From Mytilus trossulus (taxonomy: Eukaryota): a stretch of 64,000 bases of DNA. Shown piece by piece: positions 41,487-53,630 of this stretch (the first letter of the stretch is position 1; each line of letters begins with the position of its first letter). Below the pieces are notes generated by a model. That model was not told the DNA's origin and did no database searches. It was given only the letters and a program-made list of their open reading frames with translations. A program made the translations under genes and the position numbers. Where the stretch lies: contig NC_086379.1 in NCBI RefSeq assembly GCF_036588685.1, positions 80,228,001-80,292,000 on the forward strand, written 5' to 3'.

Positions 41487-43139
41487 TATAAGGAACATAT
41501 CCGATACCATTTGTGAAACGTTAATTCCATGACGGTCAACCAATTAGTGATGGCGTCCGTAAAATTTACGAAGTGATGATTTCAACTTCATCATTTGGAA
41601 CTCTTGGTTTAATTGCTTTCTTGTGAGCAGCAGCCCTCTATCAAGACAATTATGATAGGAAATGCAAGCACGGGAATATCGTATTGATTAGGAGATATAT
41701 ACACCGTATGCAGGTGCTGCTGGAAGTTTTCTTCTTAGAAATGGGAAGTTCACAATCGGAAAGCTGAAATCAGCATTTTTTTGTCGTAAAATTTTGTTTT
41801 CAACCGACCCTCATTGTCAATTTTTAGTTGTAAGTCAAGATATGAGGCCGACTAAACTGTATCTGTTGTATCCTTTATCTCTAGTTCGATGGGATAGATG
41901 AATTCAACATAGTAACCAAATTTTGAATTATTTAGTGAAAGAACATCATCTTTACAGCGGAAAGTAGAGTTCAAGGATATAGCTTACTTCTAATGTTTCT
42001 TCCTAAGTATGAAGTCAGTCTCATAATAATAAAGAAAAACAAGTCAGCAAGTAGAGGGACACAACATACATATCATACATGCAAAAAAAAACACGATCAA
42101 ATACATGGAAAAATAAACTAGCTTACAGAGACGTCTGTTTGAATTGTATATTACAATGAGACATTTTGTAAGTTGATAGTTTAAAAGGCTAATTTAGATC
42201 TACATAGTTAACTGTACTTTCGGACATTATCAAGATATTGACTCTCAGTCTTTTTCAGTTGTAAAACTGACGTAAGTAGCTTGTCCTCCAGTTGACACTC
42301 GCGTCATTGAATGCAATTGTTACTAAATTCTTAAACCTCATGTTATCATATCAAACTGATTTTATTATTAAGATATATAAAACATGGCATTAATATTACA
42401 TTACATATCTGTAATTAACTGACTATTTCAGCTGCTCATCACAGTTCTGAAGATTTATTAATTGGAGATGTATCCTGCAAATGACTTGAATTTATTTCTA
42501 TGTTGTTGTACAAGGAGTATTGGCTTGATACATTTGTCGTGGTGTGTTCTTTGTATTTGTTGTTTGAACTTGTAAATCACATCTGTATTGAAGTTTAAAA
42601 TTAAACAAAACAGTGTGGAAAAGGAAAGATGTTGTCACGAAAAACTCAATCATCATCTCAAATATTAAAAATCATACTTTACATTTTTTAACACACAAAC
42701 AAATGAAACCTGATTTTACATGAGGAGAAGCCCGGATCAAAATTATCAAAAGATATACCATTGACTGCCATCACTAATACGAATCTATCGGCAAATGAAC
42801 CAACATTATAAAATAATAATCGTGTTGCATCGAAAGATGGTTTCATAAAGAAGAAAGGTAAAGGTATTCAAAAAAGAACATACAAACAAAAAATGCAGAT
42901 AAAGATTTCAAGCATTAAATCTGTTTTTCTTTTATGCATATCGAATGGTCTTTTTAAGCTATATATATACAAGTCTTATTCAATTAAAATATTTCTGAAA
43001 TCAACAATCTTAGCATTTTTTTCACAAAATTTTACCACGTAATATAAAAATAATCCATGATATAATAATATATTATCTTCATGTTATCATTGCTTCAAAA
43101 ACTATTCAGAGTCTTCTAGTCAATAAAACATTTAAAATT

Positions 43140-46100
43140 TATCTAAAACTTAGTAGTGTTAACTATTTGTAATTTTGCACCTTAATACATAGTGTGACCC
43201 AGAGTGCATTAGTGTTTTATTCATAAAATTTGTCATTGGCTGTATTATTTATGGAACGTAGCTGATAATTGTTCTTCATAAAAAAAGACATTTAAATCTA
43301 TTAATCCAAAATGCATTTTTATTCAAGTCTAAGCTTTTTTCATAACATACATTCTAGAAAGTGAACCATTATTTTCGTGTTGCTTACATTTTATTAAAAT
43401 GCTTATGCATTAGACATTTACTGTCCAACATAACTTCTTCAAAGATTCTCATTTCGAAATGTAATTTTCAAAGCAGTAAAATCTCAAATGTTGAATAATG
43501 AATATCTTTAAAATTTTACCTTACCTTCAACTCGATATATATTCCGATATCATAGATTTAGCTTTGTGTATTAAAGGATTCCATCTTTTCCTTAAACACA
43601 ATTAGTTGAAATCACATTGACTTTATATCAATAAAAGTCCATGTCAGCTATAATCAGTGTGCATGTGTCTAGATACATTACAGACTAACGACAATTAGTC
43701 CAATTTGTATTGCTTATAGTTATTACAAATATTATATGATTGGTCTTCGTTTGTGCTGGCCTCATCAGTTCTATCAATGAAGCATCATCCACATTCCGTT
43801 ATAGTTATTGGTGAATTATTGAATAATGGTATCAAGTATTTTTCGATTTCTCTCAATTGGTCAAATAACCTATCTAGTTAGTTAAAATGAACAATTATAA
43901 CAAATATATGGTATTACCGCGACTAGGATAGTTTTGATTAATTATAATGATAATAGTTCCAAACAAAAAATATAATATGTTAACTATACATTGTTTTGAA
44001 AGAATTCTATATTAATAGAATTAAGATTTTCAACGATATACTCTTGTATATATTTATTAGAACCTCTTAAATTTTTCTACAAAAGGGAGATGAGGTAAAT
44101 TCGGTGTATTAGCTTTAATTATGATTATTTAAGTATCTTGTTGCTTCAGACCACACAAACTTTAAAAGTACAAGCACCTGTCACAATGGCAAACAGAGCA
44201 AATTTACCAATTGATATCATTTCCCTGTTTGTTCAAACATAGCAACTTTAATATGGATAATCAGAAAAAAGATCAACAGGGTATTAAAAGCAATTTAATT
44301 TCAAAATCATTTTGTATTCAGGAAGGTTCCCTTTATAATATTGCAGACTCACTGTTTTGGTTAGGCTTTACTTTGCATCTTTTTTAGTATTAGCTAGTCT
44401 TCAATGTTTGTATTAGGTCTTGGATTTTCATTTATATTTTAGCCTCTCTCCTTACTAAAGAGGAACTCATTTTCAAAATCAGTATCTGGTGCAGTTTACT
44501 TGAATGATAAACTTATCGTAGATTGCAAGAGTAAAATTTAGAAATTCCCCAAAAATGCATATTGCTGAAATACAGCAATGAAAGCATAAAGAATACAAAA
44601 CATACGGAAACGTGGATTGATCTATGGTAAATGTCACTGTTTTCACAATTACGATATTATCAATTTGCAACAATTGCTTCAACAACCTTTCAAATTCTTC
44701 TAGTCAATCTGAAATAACTAACATTATTTAAAACTTGTGCTAACTATTATTAATCTTGCACGTTATTCCATAAGGTGACCCAGAGTACATTGGTGTTTTA
44801 TTCATAAAATTGGTCACTGGCTAAACTGTTTATGGAACCTATACGATATTTATTTCTTCTAAAAAAGATAATCGTACAGAAGACACAACATAGAAATATT
44901 AAGACTAAGCAAAACGAACCTCACTTACAACTCCGGAAGGGTAAGCAAATCCTGCTCCACATGTGGCACCCATCACGTTGCTTATGTTATAACAAATCCG
45001 GTAATATACATGCAATTAATTTAGAGTTTAATTTGCAATCGATTTATGTGAATTAAACAATATATACTTGAAAGTTAAAACGTTATTTTTCTATTGTTTA
45101 CATTTAATGGTGTTTTGCATTAGACTTCAGCTGTCCCACATAACTACTGCAACTCTTCTTATTTCTAAATGTAACTATCAAAGCAGCAACATCTTGAATG
45201 TTGAATAATGTATGTCACTAAAATTTTACCTTACCTTCCACTCGACAAATATTCCGATATCATAGATTTAGCTTTATGAATTAAAGAACTCCTACTTTTC
45301 CTTAAACACAATAAGCTGAAATCACATTGACTTTATTTCAATGAAAGTCCTTGTCAGTTGTAATCAGTGTGCATTTGTCTAGATACATTACAGACTAACG
45401 ACAATTAGTCCAATCTGTATTGCTTATAGTTATTACAAATATTATATGATTGGTCAGTTCTATCACTGAAGCATCGTTCACATTCCGTAATATTTATTGG
45501 TGCATTATTGAATAATCAAGTATTTTTCGATTTCTGTCAATTGGTTAAATAATCGATCTATTTAGTTAAAATGAACAATTACTACGAATATGCTTATTTC
45601 CACGACTTTGATAATGATAATAGTTTCATAACACGTATAATACGTTAAATAAATTGTTTTGATAGAACTCTATGTCAATGGAATTAAAGTTTTCAACGAT
45701 GCACTCTATAAAAGGGAGATGATGTAGATTTGGTGTATTATCTTTAATTATGATTATTCAAGTATCCCATTGCTTCACAGATTACATAAACATTAAAAGT
45801 AAAATCACCAGTCATACTAGCAAACAGAGCGCATTTGACAATTGATATCATTTTCCTGTTTGTTCAAACAGCCCAACGTTAATATGAATAATCTGTTAAA
45901 ATATAAACCGGATATTAAAAGCAATTTAATTTCCAAATCAGTTTGTATATAGTAAGGTTGTGTTTCCCTAAACATATCTCAAACTCACTGTTTGGGTTGG
46001 GCTTTGCTTTGGATCTTTTTTTAGTATTAGCTAAACTTCAATGTTTGTATAAGGTTTTGGATTTTCATTTATATTTAAGCTGCTATCATCACTGAAGGGG

Positions 46101-46300
46101 CACTCATTATCAAAATCAGTATCTAGTACAGTATAATTGATATCAGAATGATAAACTCACCGTAGATTGCAAAAGTAAAATAACGAATTCGCCGTCCAAA
46201 AAAGGCAATTTGTTGAAATCGAGCTATGAAATCATAAAGAATGCAAAAAATACAGAAACGTGGATTAATCTATGGTAAACGCCACTTTTTGCACAATTGT
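43140..46300. repeat. Tandem segmental duplication (~1.5-kb units 43140-44660 and 44725-46300)
   Basis: Colinear similarity throughout, e.g. gtgacccagagt, ttttaccttacctt, cagactaacgacaattagtccaat, caaaatcagtatct. Copy 2 carries a PLE 3'-end insert at ~44865-45005. Confidence 0.92.
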
Positions 46301-46518
46301 GGCATTTTCTGCCGATATAGTTCTTTATCGTTTGAGGAAGCTGGCGTGCCTAAAGAGAGCAACATACCTTCGGTAATAAAACCGACAAACCTATTCAATT
46401 CAGATTTCAGTCCAGCGCATCTTTTAAGTTGTGTTTGTTGTAATTCGAACTCACACCATCAGTGCTGCCATGCTAGTGACATGGTAGTGGCAAAGACATC
46501 GAGTCCCTCCCCCGCCAA
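46262..46518 (-). mobile_element. Degenerate tRNA-derived SINE (V-domain-like)
   Basis: The minus strand shows B-box-like gtgagttcgaatt, then ctctttaggcacgccagcttcctc (V-like), and a tail aaaagtggcgtttacc. Confidence 0.5.
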
Positions 46519-46680
46519 GTTGTAAAAATAAAACAACACTTAATAAACCAATTGTAGAATTAAAAAAGACAAACAGGCTTTGAAGATTGATGTCTCGAAT
46601 ATTCGGAATATGCGAGAATGCGGTAAACCAAATAAAAAGATGAGTAGCTAGGGTTGAGATAAAAAAAAAAACATGTTTAA

Positions 46681-46953
46681 TGTGGTACCTAACACTACAG
46701 GGAGATAACTCTGTAAAATCAGTTAAACGTTTCAATTACGTTGTGCTGTTAGGGGGATATTAAGCTTCTCAATTATCAAAATTAGTGTTTGTCAATTTGC
46801 TATATAACCAGTGTAATTTTTCTGATAAAATGGTTGGTTCAATTTTTTTGAAATTTTTATATTTTTGTCAAAGGGTCAAAGTAAATACTTTGTCAAAAGT
46901 TTATGAAAATTAAACGAGCCAAATTTATTTTAGGGAAAGTTTTAAGTACCACC
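46681..46953. mobile_element. Kolobok-type MITE with TTAA TSD
   Basis: ttaa|tgtggtacctaacact...agttttaagtaccacc|ttaa. Confidence 0.75.
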
Positions 46954-47531
46954 TTAACTACATATATTTCTGTGCATGTCATAAATTAATAACCTGGTAT
47001 TTAGATATCGTGATACTTTTGTTAAACAAGGAATTTTAGTTAATACATATATCATATATTTATAAAAAGAAAAAGTGTTTACAGTAAGGAACATTTAAAA
47101 TGTTTCTAAAATGATTTTGAATTATGTAAACACGGTTTTGGTTCTATAACATGAAAGAAATATATTTTATATCAAAATGTTTTAATTTCCAGCACGAGTT
47201 CGTAAACAAGTGATGTAGCCAGTTAGACTTCGATGTTTAGGAGATAACCAGTTGATTCAGAAGCACAGCAACAACAAAAAATAACCAGTTATATAACTAC
47301 TTTATTTCAATCAAATGCCTTTCTGTCGTTTTTCATTTTATTGGCATGGCTTTGTCAGTTTGTTTTCGATTTATGAGTCAGAATATCCGTATAGATTGTT
47401 CATCCTCTTTTAGATTATATATGATTACACAATTACATAACTCAGAAGTTTTATACGATAAACTAAAACGGTCTTTTGAGCTTTTCAAATTTAAGTGAAA
47501 ACGAGATAGACAAAAAAATATCAGCATTTAA

Positions 47532-47771
47532 ATCACATAAGCAACACGACGGGTGCCGTATGTGGAGCAGGATCTGCTTACCCTTCCAGAGCACCTGAGA
47601 TCACCCCTGGTTTTTGGTGGGGTTTGTGTTGTTTATTCTTTAGTTTTCTATGTTGTGTCATGTGTACTATTGTTTTTTCTGTTTGTCTTTTTCATTTTTA
47701 GCCATGGCGTTGTCAGTTTGTTTTAGATTTACGAGTTTGACTGTCCCTTTGTTATCTTTCGTCCCTCTTTT
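47532..47771 (+). mobile_element. Penelope-like 3' UTR insert
   Basis: Near-identical to 13774-14013. Confidence 0.92.
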
Positions 47772-48762
47772 AAACAAATCAAACATTTTTTTTTAATAAC
47801 AAAGCGTATTTACGCTTAAAAGAAGAGGTCCAAGTTTACCAGTTTAACCCCTGAAGTTGGTGATTTATTAATAAGCATACAGGTTTACACATTCTTGACA
47901 TTTTAGTGCAATCATATGTCATAAACATTGTTTGGGGACAAAATTGAAATAAGCAACGGCTTAACAACAAAACAATATTTTTACATACAATGACATGCAA
48001 ACCGGGGCATACGATACAGTTCGGTTCCCTAGGTGATTAACGAAAAGTTGAGTATACGCTGGTTATTTTTACCTAGTCAATTGAAATATTTGGGAAAACA
48101 AGCATATCTTTATGTGCTCATTTCCTGATAAATAGGATAGATATTTTGGTTTCTTGGACATTTCTATGAGTTTGCTAGACTAACTTAACTTTTTTGTTTC
48201 TAAAGATAAACTCATGTTGATTTTTTGTAAAATATTTGGAATATCCTCTTTACAAAAGTGAGCTCTAATTCTGTGTTTAAACTCTTTAAAAATAGTTCAT
48301 TTTAATTTTGTTTTCCTAATTTTGAGGATATCGGCATTTTTGCCGTATATTTATTTAAGTAAAAAAACAACATTTACTATTTCTTTTTTAAAATTGACAT
48401 AAATACTCTACAATCTTCATACATAATCAAGCATAACGCTATTCAAAAATAGAGGGTTCATGATTTCGCTTTTAAGCTAAAGATCAAAATCATTTGAGAT
48501 TGCATATACTAAGACAGGAATATGACAGTTGTTGTCCATTCGTTTGATGTGTTATATCATTTGATTTTGCCATTTGATTATTGTCTTTCTGTTAGAATTT
48601 AAATTGTTAATACGTTTTGACTTCATAATTTAAAGCATTATGTACTCTTGTGTTGATTCAATGCTCAACATTTTATAGAAAATTCACAGCCTCATACTTG
48701 GTAATTTGGTGCTCGATGGAAAGAGGATTATTGCATTCAGTACTGGCAATGATTTTATCAAA

Positions 48763-48932
48763 TAGTTATCAAAAGTACCAGGATTATAATTTTATACGCC
48801 AGACGCGCGTTTCGTCTACATAAGACTCATCAGTGACGCTCAGATCAAAATAGTTAAAAAGCCGAATAAATACAAAGTTGAAGAGCATTGAGGATCCAAA
48901 ATTCCAAAAAGTTGTGCCAAATACGGCTAAGG
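48763..48932 (-). mobile_element. H1 hammerhead-bearing retro-insert (retrozyme/PLE-derived) with 8-bp TSD
   Basis: ttatcaaa at 48755-48762 and 48933-48940 flanks a 170-bp H1 copy. Confidence 0.85.
48796..48839 (-). ncRNA. Intact minimal type I hammerhead ribozyme
   Basis: GCGUCA-CUGAUGA-GUCUuauguAGAC-GAAA-CgcgcG-UC|UGGCGU. All conserved core nucleotides are present, with a 6-bp stem I (2 GU pairs), a 4-bp stem II, a palindromic stem/loop III and a GUC cleavage site between 48802 and 48801. Confidence 0.9.
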
Positions 48933-49639
48933 TTATCAAACAAGTTCATGAATTTAAGTATTTGTTAAAACAAATCTAAATAAGTACACCTTCTAGGGTG
49001 CGCTCGACTTTCGTGACTCAGCACGATTTGTTTTTAATTTAAAGGTTGTTTGGGACTATTGGTAAACAATAAATGATAACACATCATAGTAAATGAAGTG
49101 ATTAATCTATGTTGACATTGTTTTTTACGTTTATGGAAATTTGACAAAAGTCTTGATTTCATTTGTAACAAAATCCAGTTTTTTCTATTCAATGCAATGA
49201 AACAATTTATAATGATGCGTTGTACGAATTTTCCCTTTGGTATATGTATACAATGGCCAATCTCTATTATTCATTATATTTGCTGTTTTGATAATATTGC
49301 AGTTTGAAAAATTCGTATTTCACATGGTTACAGCATGAGTCATACACCTTAGGGAGCTAAACAAAAAGTGGCTAGATAATATTTTTCCCTTTGCAACAGA
49401 TATTTATAAATACTAGAACACAGCCAATGTTGCTACCACTTTTGGTGGGGCATATAGTAATAGATGTTTCGAAAAAGTAAATGAAAATCACATATCTTTA
49501 TAAATGGCTTGAATCCGAAGATCACTTCTGGATTCACCTATTTGAGGAAAGTTCATACCTCAACATTTGAATGTTAGGGATGTTATGATACGTAAAAACG
49601 TATGGAGAACCGTTGATATGATAAATGCTGTGTGAAGAT

Positions 49640-50150
49640 TTTCTAAATCGTACCTTACCTTTAATTCTTCAAATATTCTGATATCACAGATTTCATTAAT
49701 TTATTAATATTTCCATTTTGTCCTCAAATACTTGTTAGTGCTATTTCACTGAATTATACATTGTCAATCAAAATCACTATACATGTCTGTTTATTTGCAT
49801 AAGTGTCTGCATGTCTCTCAATACGTATCATACTTATGACAATTATTCCAATCTGAACAATTTTTCAGATAAACAAATAAATGATAAGTCTTCGTTCAGG
49901 GTTTTGCCTCATCAGTTATATCAATGAAGAATCATTTACGTTCCGTAAATAGTTATTGGTGAATCATTGAATAACGGAATCAAGGATTTTCCTGATTATT
50001 GTCAATTAATTAGATAATGGATCCATTTTGTATTATATAATGAACATCCCCTACAAACATATATCTAACAACGATTTTGATAATCTTGTTAATTCCATTA
50101 TAATGAGGATAGTTATATAACATAGAACAAGATAAATTCATAACATTGTT
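49640..50150. repeat. Third, more diverged copy of part of the 43140-46300 unit
   Basis: Shares taccttacctt, gacaatta(g/t)tccaat, gcctcatcagtt.tatcaatgaag and atagttattggtgaat.attgaataa with 43516-44000. Confidence 0.85.
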
Positions 50151-51315
50151 TACATTCCTTCATGGTAATAAACAGTTTTCATGTCAACTTGGGTGTTAAA
50201 TGAAACCCCTAATTATCTGAAAATTTTATTCTTTATTATTAAGATAAAATATACATGGATGCAAGATGTATAAATAACAATTTCTGTACCGAATTAATCA
50301 ATCTCTATATACATATATTTCGTGATCATTCAATTTGATCCTCAACACACACATATGTACAACAATAACATACAGACGGCGTGCACAAAGTTGACGGCAA
50401 CTGTTAAGTGTGCTGTTTCAATAGCTTTTTACATATAATACTTATGTGTTTTTATATATACTCACACCACATCTTCCTATATCTATTATAATATTTTTTA
50501 AGAAGATTTTTTTTTATGATGAAATAATGAATGCATGCCATATTAACCACATTACTAGTAAGGTAATAATTAATATAAAAAGCATGAAACGGACATATAG
50601 AAAACGGCAAAAAATCGGTGTAACTTGTAACATTAAATTAGCATAAAATAGAGTTTTTGACCTAAAACTTATACAAATTTAACATTGTATCCCGCATTTT
50701 CGTATCATAGAATTGTTCAGATTCTGACATTATATGATATATACCGTAAAAAAATTAAAAACGACCATGGTAGATATGCTTGGAATCATCTTCGTTATGT
50801 GTAAGAAATAGTAATTTGTAACGACTTATAATCAAAATGGAAGAATCGGTAAGAAAAACTATGTAATTACTATCTTTTTATTTTCAAAATAACATGGTAT
50901 TCGAAATGTGCAAAACCAGAGATTTAATAAAATCTGCAACATATGAATGATTTGATAGTCCAGACTGAACACCTGAATTTTTTAAATGTCCAGCAATTAT
51001 GTTACGATCAAAAGAAATGGCGTTTTGACGCTGTTTTCTGAAAAGGATCCACGACATCGTCAATAATTATTTCCATTTTTCTGCTCGTAGCAAATATCTA
51101 TTTATATTTTCAAAATGTGCATTTGCTGCACTTTTTTGTTCTAAAAAAAATAATATGTTGAACGTGAATGTTTAGAGTTATGTGGTAAACCAAGTGTCCA
51201 GTGTTTTTGTTACGCTTACGTTTCCTGAGGGAAAATAACGACGTCGTAAATGGTTTTTGTAATTTGAAGACGTTACATTTGTAGACTCAGCTTTGTGCAC
51301 GCCGTCACAGTGTAG

Positions 51316-51915
51316 TAAATAAAGGCAACAATAGTAAACCGATGTTCAAAACTCCTAAATCGATAGAAAAAAAAACCTAATCTGGGTCACAAACCAAAAC
51401 CGAGAAACGCATTAAGTATAAGAGAATGACAACACAACATTAAAATGTAACAGATACAGAAACAACTAAGTATTAGACAAGATCCGAAGAGAATGACAAA
51501 TATAACATAAAAACTAAATACATGAATTTGGGATAGAAAAGTACCGTAACACGTCTTATAATAATGTGAATTCACACTCAGATATAAGAGGAAACAAACG
51601 ACAAAAGAAACAAAACGTTAAAAAGGAACGCACATAGGAACGAACTATAATATATTAATTACCCTATACCTGACTTGGTACAGGACATTCTTTAAAGAAA
51701 TGGTGGATTGAACCTGGTTGTGTGGCATGCCAACCTTCCCTCTGTTATGGCCATGTTAAATATAATATTAAAATGACAACACAACATTACAGGACTACAA
51801 AGCAAATAAATAGGTGAACACAATTGACAAAGAAACACACGAATAATAGCTAACAAAAGGCACCAGATTTTAAATTTAATACAACAGAAGTACGATTTGT
51901 CCACAAAAGATTTGT
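51316..51915 (-). mobile_element. Family B repeat with a degenerate hammerhead at its 5' end
   Basis: Body matches 34900-35460. The minus strand at 51860-51912 reads tcttttgtggac-aaat-cgtact-tc-tgttgtattaaatttaaaatctggtgcctttt, homologous to H1 stem II, core and post-cleavage tail. Confidence 0.75.
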
Positions 51916-53084
51916 CCACAGATTTGAATACAAAGTTAACACAAAATTTCCAGTTTCCCTTTTTTTTTTATATATATACATTAATAAGCAACTTATTACA
52001 GGGTATTAAGAAGATGATCTAAAAGTGTCATGCTTAAATTTCGTACTGCTGGTAAATTATTAAAATTTATTAGGTTTAAAGCCAACACGTTGGTTTGTAA
52101 ATTTCATAGAGGGTTCATGACGTCACGTCTACTGTTAATGGTGACATCATCTATAAATGTTTTTGTTTATCATTGTTCAGCGTGCGATAAATTCGATATT
52201 TTATTAACTATTGACCCCCTACGAACCATAGAGGCTAAATAAAATTTCGATCTCTGGCCTCACCCATACTTATCTTCTATGAGACCATAGGGATGTCATC
52301 TAAGGTGTAAGTTTATTTGTCAGAAAATTAATATGTTTTATTAGCAACTGGATTACATCTCAATGCAACACGTATTTCAAGGTTTAACCTGTTACATTTA
52401 AGAGAATTATTTGAATGTTATTTCAATTACATCTTTAACAAGTCTCATATTACAAACATTTCTTCAATATTGTTCTCGTTTTTGATTAATTTCAATGCAC
52501 TTTTTAATTACATTCCGGAAATATTACATTTGATGTGTGACCCATAAAACTTGTTTCAAATTAAGATTGCATATCAAGAAAGGAACATATATCAAACTTG
52601 TTTTGAACAAAATGTAAAACTGAACAAAAAAACAAGGTCCATATCCCCCAAGCACATGCAGTCTGAGACGTGATTTGCTTTAAAAGTTTCAAAACAAATT
52701 AATTTCAACATTCGAAAAAGTAATTCGTTATCAAATATATTGAATGCTTGATCAACGTTCTGTGATATCTTAAAAATATGGTTTAACAGCGGGAAAGAGT
52801 CAATCAGATACCTATCTAGAAAACATTGTTTTGTCTTTTGCCTATATTTAAATCTTTATGTTTTCATGTTTATCCTTTCAAACAAAGATGTTTTTAGCTA
52901 ACAATCATAAATCGTAGAAACCATGACATCAAAATAATATACTTATATCAATTCACACAAAAACAATGCACATTAAGTTTAATATTAGGAAACCAGTCGA
53001 AAAACTTTTCAAATTCGGTTCCTTCTTAATATGTGTATCAGACCTTGATCTTCTCGTGACACCAAAGATGCTAGGCTTTAGATT

Positions 53085-53172
53085 GTGAACACTTGACGCG
53101 CGATTCGTCTATATTAGACTCGTCATTGACACGCAGATCACAATAGCTGACACGGCAAATAAAAAACAAAGT
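53085..53172 (-). mobile_element. Degenerate H1 hammerhead copy
   Basis: gtgtca-ATGACGA-gtctaatatagac-GAAT-cgcgcg-tc-aagtgt; the core carries mutations. Confidence 0.65.
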
Positions 53173-53219
53173 GAATCACTTTTATTCAAACAAATATATT
53201 TCTGAAATGAATATTATCA

Positions 53220-53280
53220 GTTGTCAGTTTGTTTTAGATTTACGAGTTTGACTGTCCCTTTGGTATCTTTCGTCCCTCTT
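53220..53280 (+). mobile_element. 61-bp Penelope-like 3'-terminal insert with TTATCA TSD
   Basis: Matches 47709-47769; ttatca at 53214-53219 and 53281-53286. Confidence 0.85.
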
Positions 53281-53439
53281 TTATCAAGTTTTCTTGATAA
53301 GCAAACTAATTGTGACGATTGGGGGAGTTGTTATGACAAATAATTGACATTTCCATGGGAAGCAGTATACTACTATTGCCTTTTAATTTTTTCCTAAAAA
53401 ATTCGTAGAACAAAATGTTAGAAATCGTTTTCAATTAAA

Positions 53440-53630
53440 GAATATATCTCCTTCGTGCTAAGTTCTGATTCCTTTCCTGGCTTTGGCTATACTAAGTGTA
53501 CCATTTATTTTTATTATATCTCTTCATCTTTTTTATAAGCTTTTGATTTTCAAATATTTTGGACTTGATCATCATTGAAGAGACATTTATTGTCGAAATT
53601 CGCATCCGGTTCAGAAAGATGGGTAACTTT
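53440..53630 (+). mobile_element. Second hammerhead-bearing family (H2), core mutated, ribozyme ~53567-53612
   Basis: catca-TTGAAGA-GACAtttatTGTC-GAAA-TtcgcA-TC-cggttc. The upstream ctcttcatcttt...aatattttgg parallels H1 ctcttcaacttt...actattttga. Confidence 0.65.

Larger units (their letters stand above)
38493..42064 (-). mobile_element. Penelope-like copy split by a DNA transposon (PLE parts 38493-38810 and 41487-42064)
   Basis: The 3' UTR at 38493-38804 and the RT C-terminal half at 41493-42064 are colinear with 11608-12250 and 13450-14013. The catalytic YIDD motif is mutated to CKDD. Confidence 0.92.

Noticed and set aside
42725-42755. NFDPG resembling a TIR BB loop on the minus strand
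   Set aside because: No flanking TIR box 1 or SxWC motif in any frame.
43742-43772. Hammerhead-like CTGATGA...CGAAG on the minus strand (also ~49888-49916)
   Set aside because: No stem II can form, GAAA is GAAG, and copy 2 deletes the segment.
44479-44685. ORF segment IDQSTFPYVLYSL resembling the TLR's INKTTFPLNLLLSL
   Set aside because: It overlaps a probable SINE tail, is stopped in copy 2, and is not followed by an LRRCT; likely coincidence.
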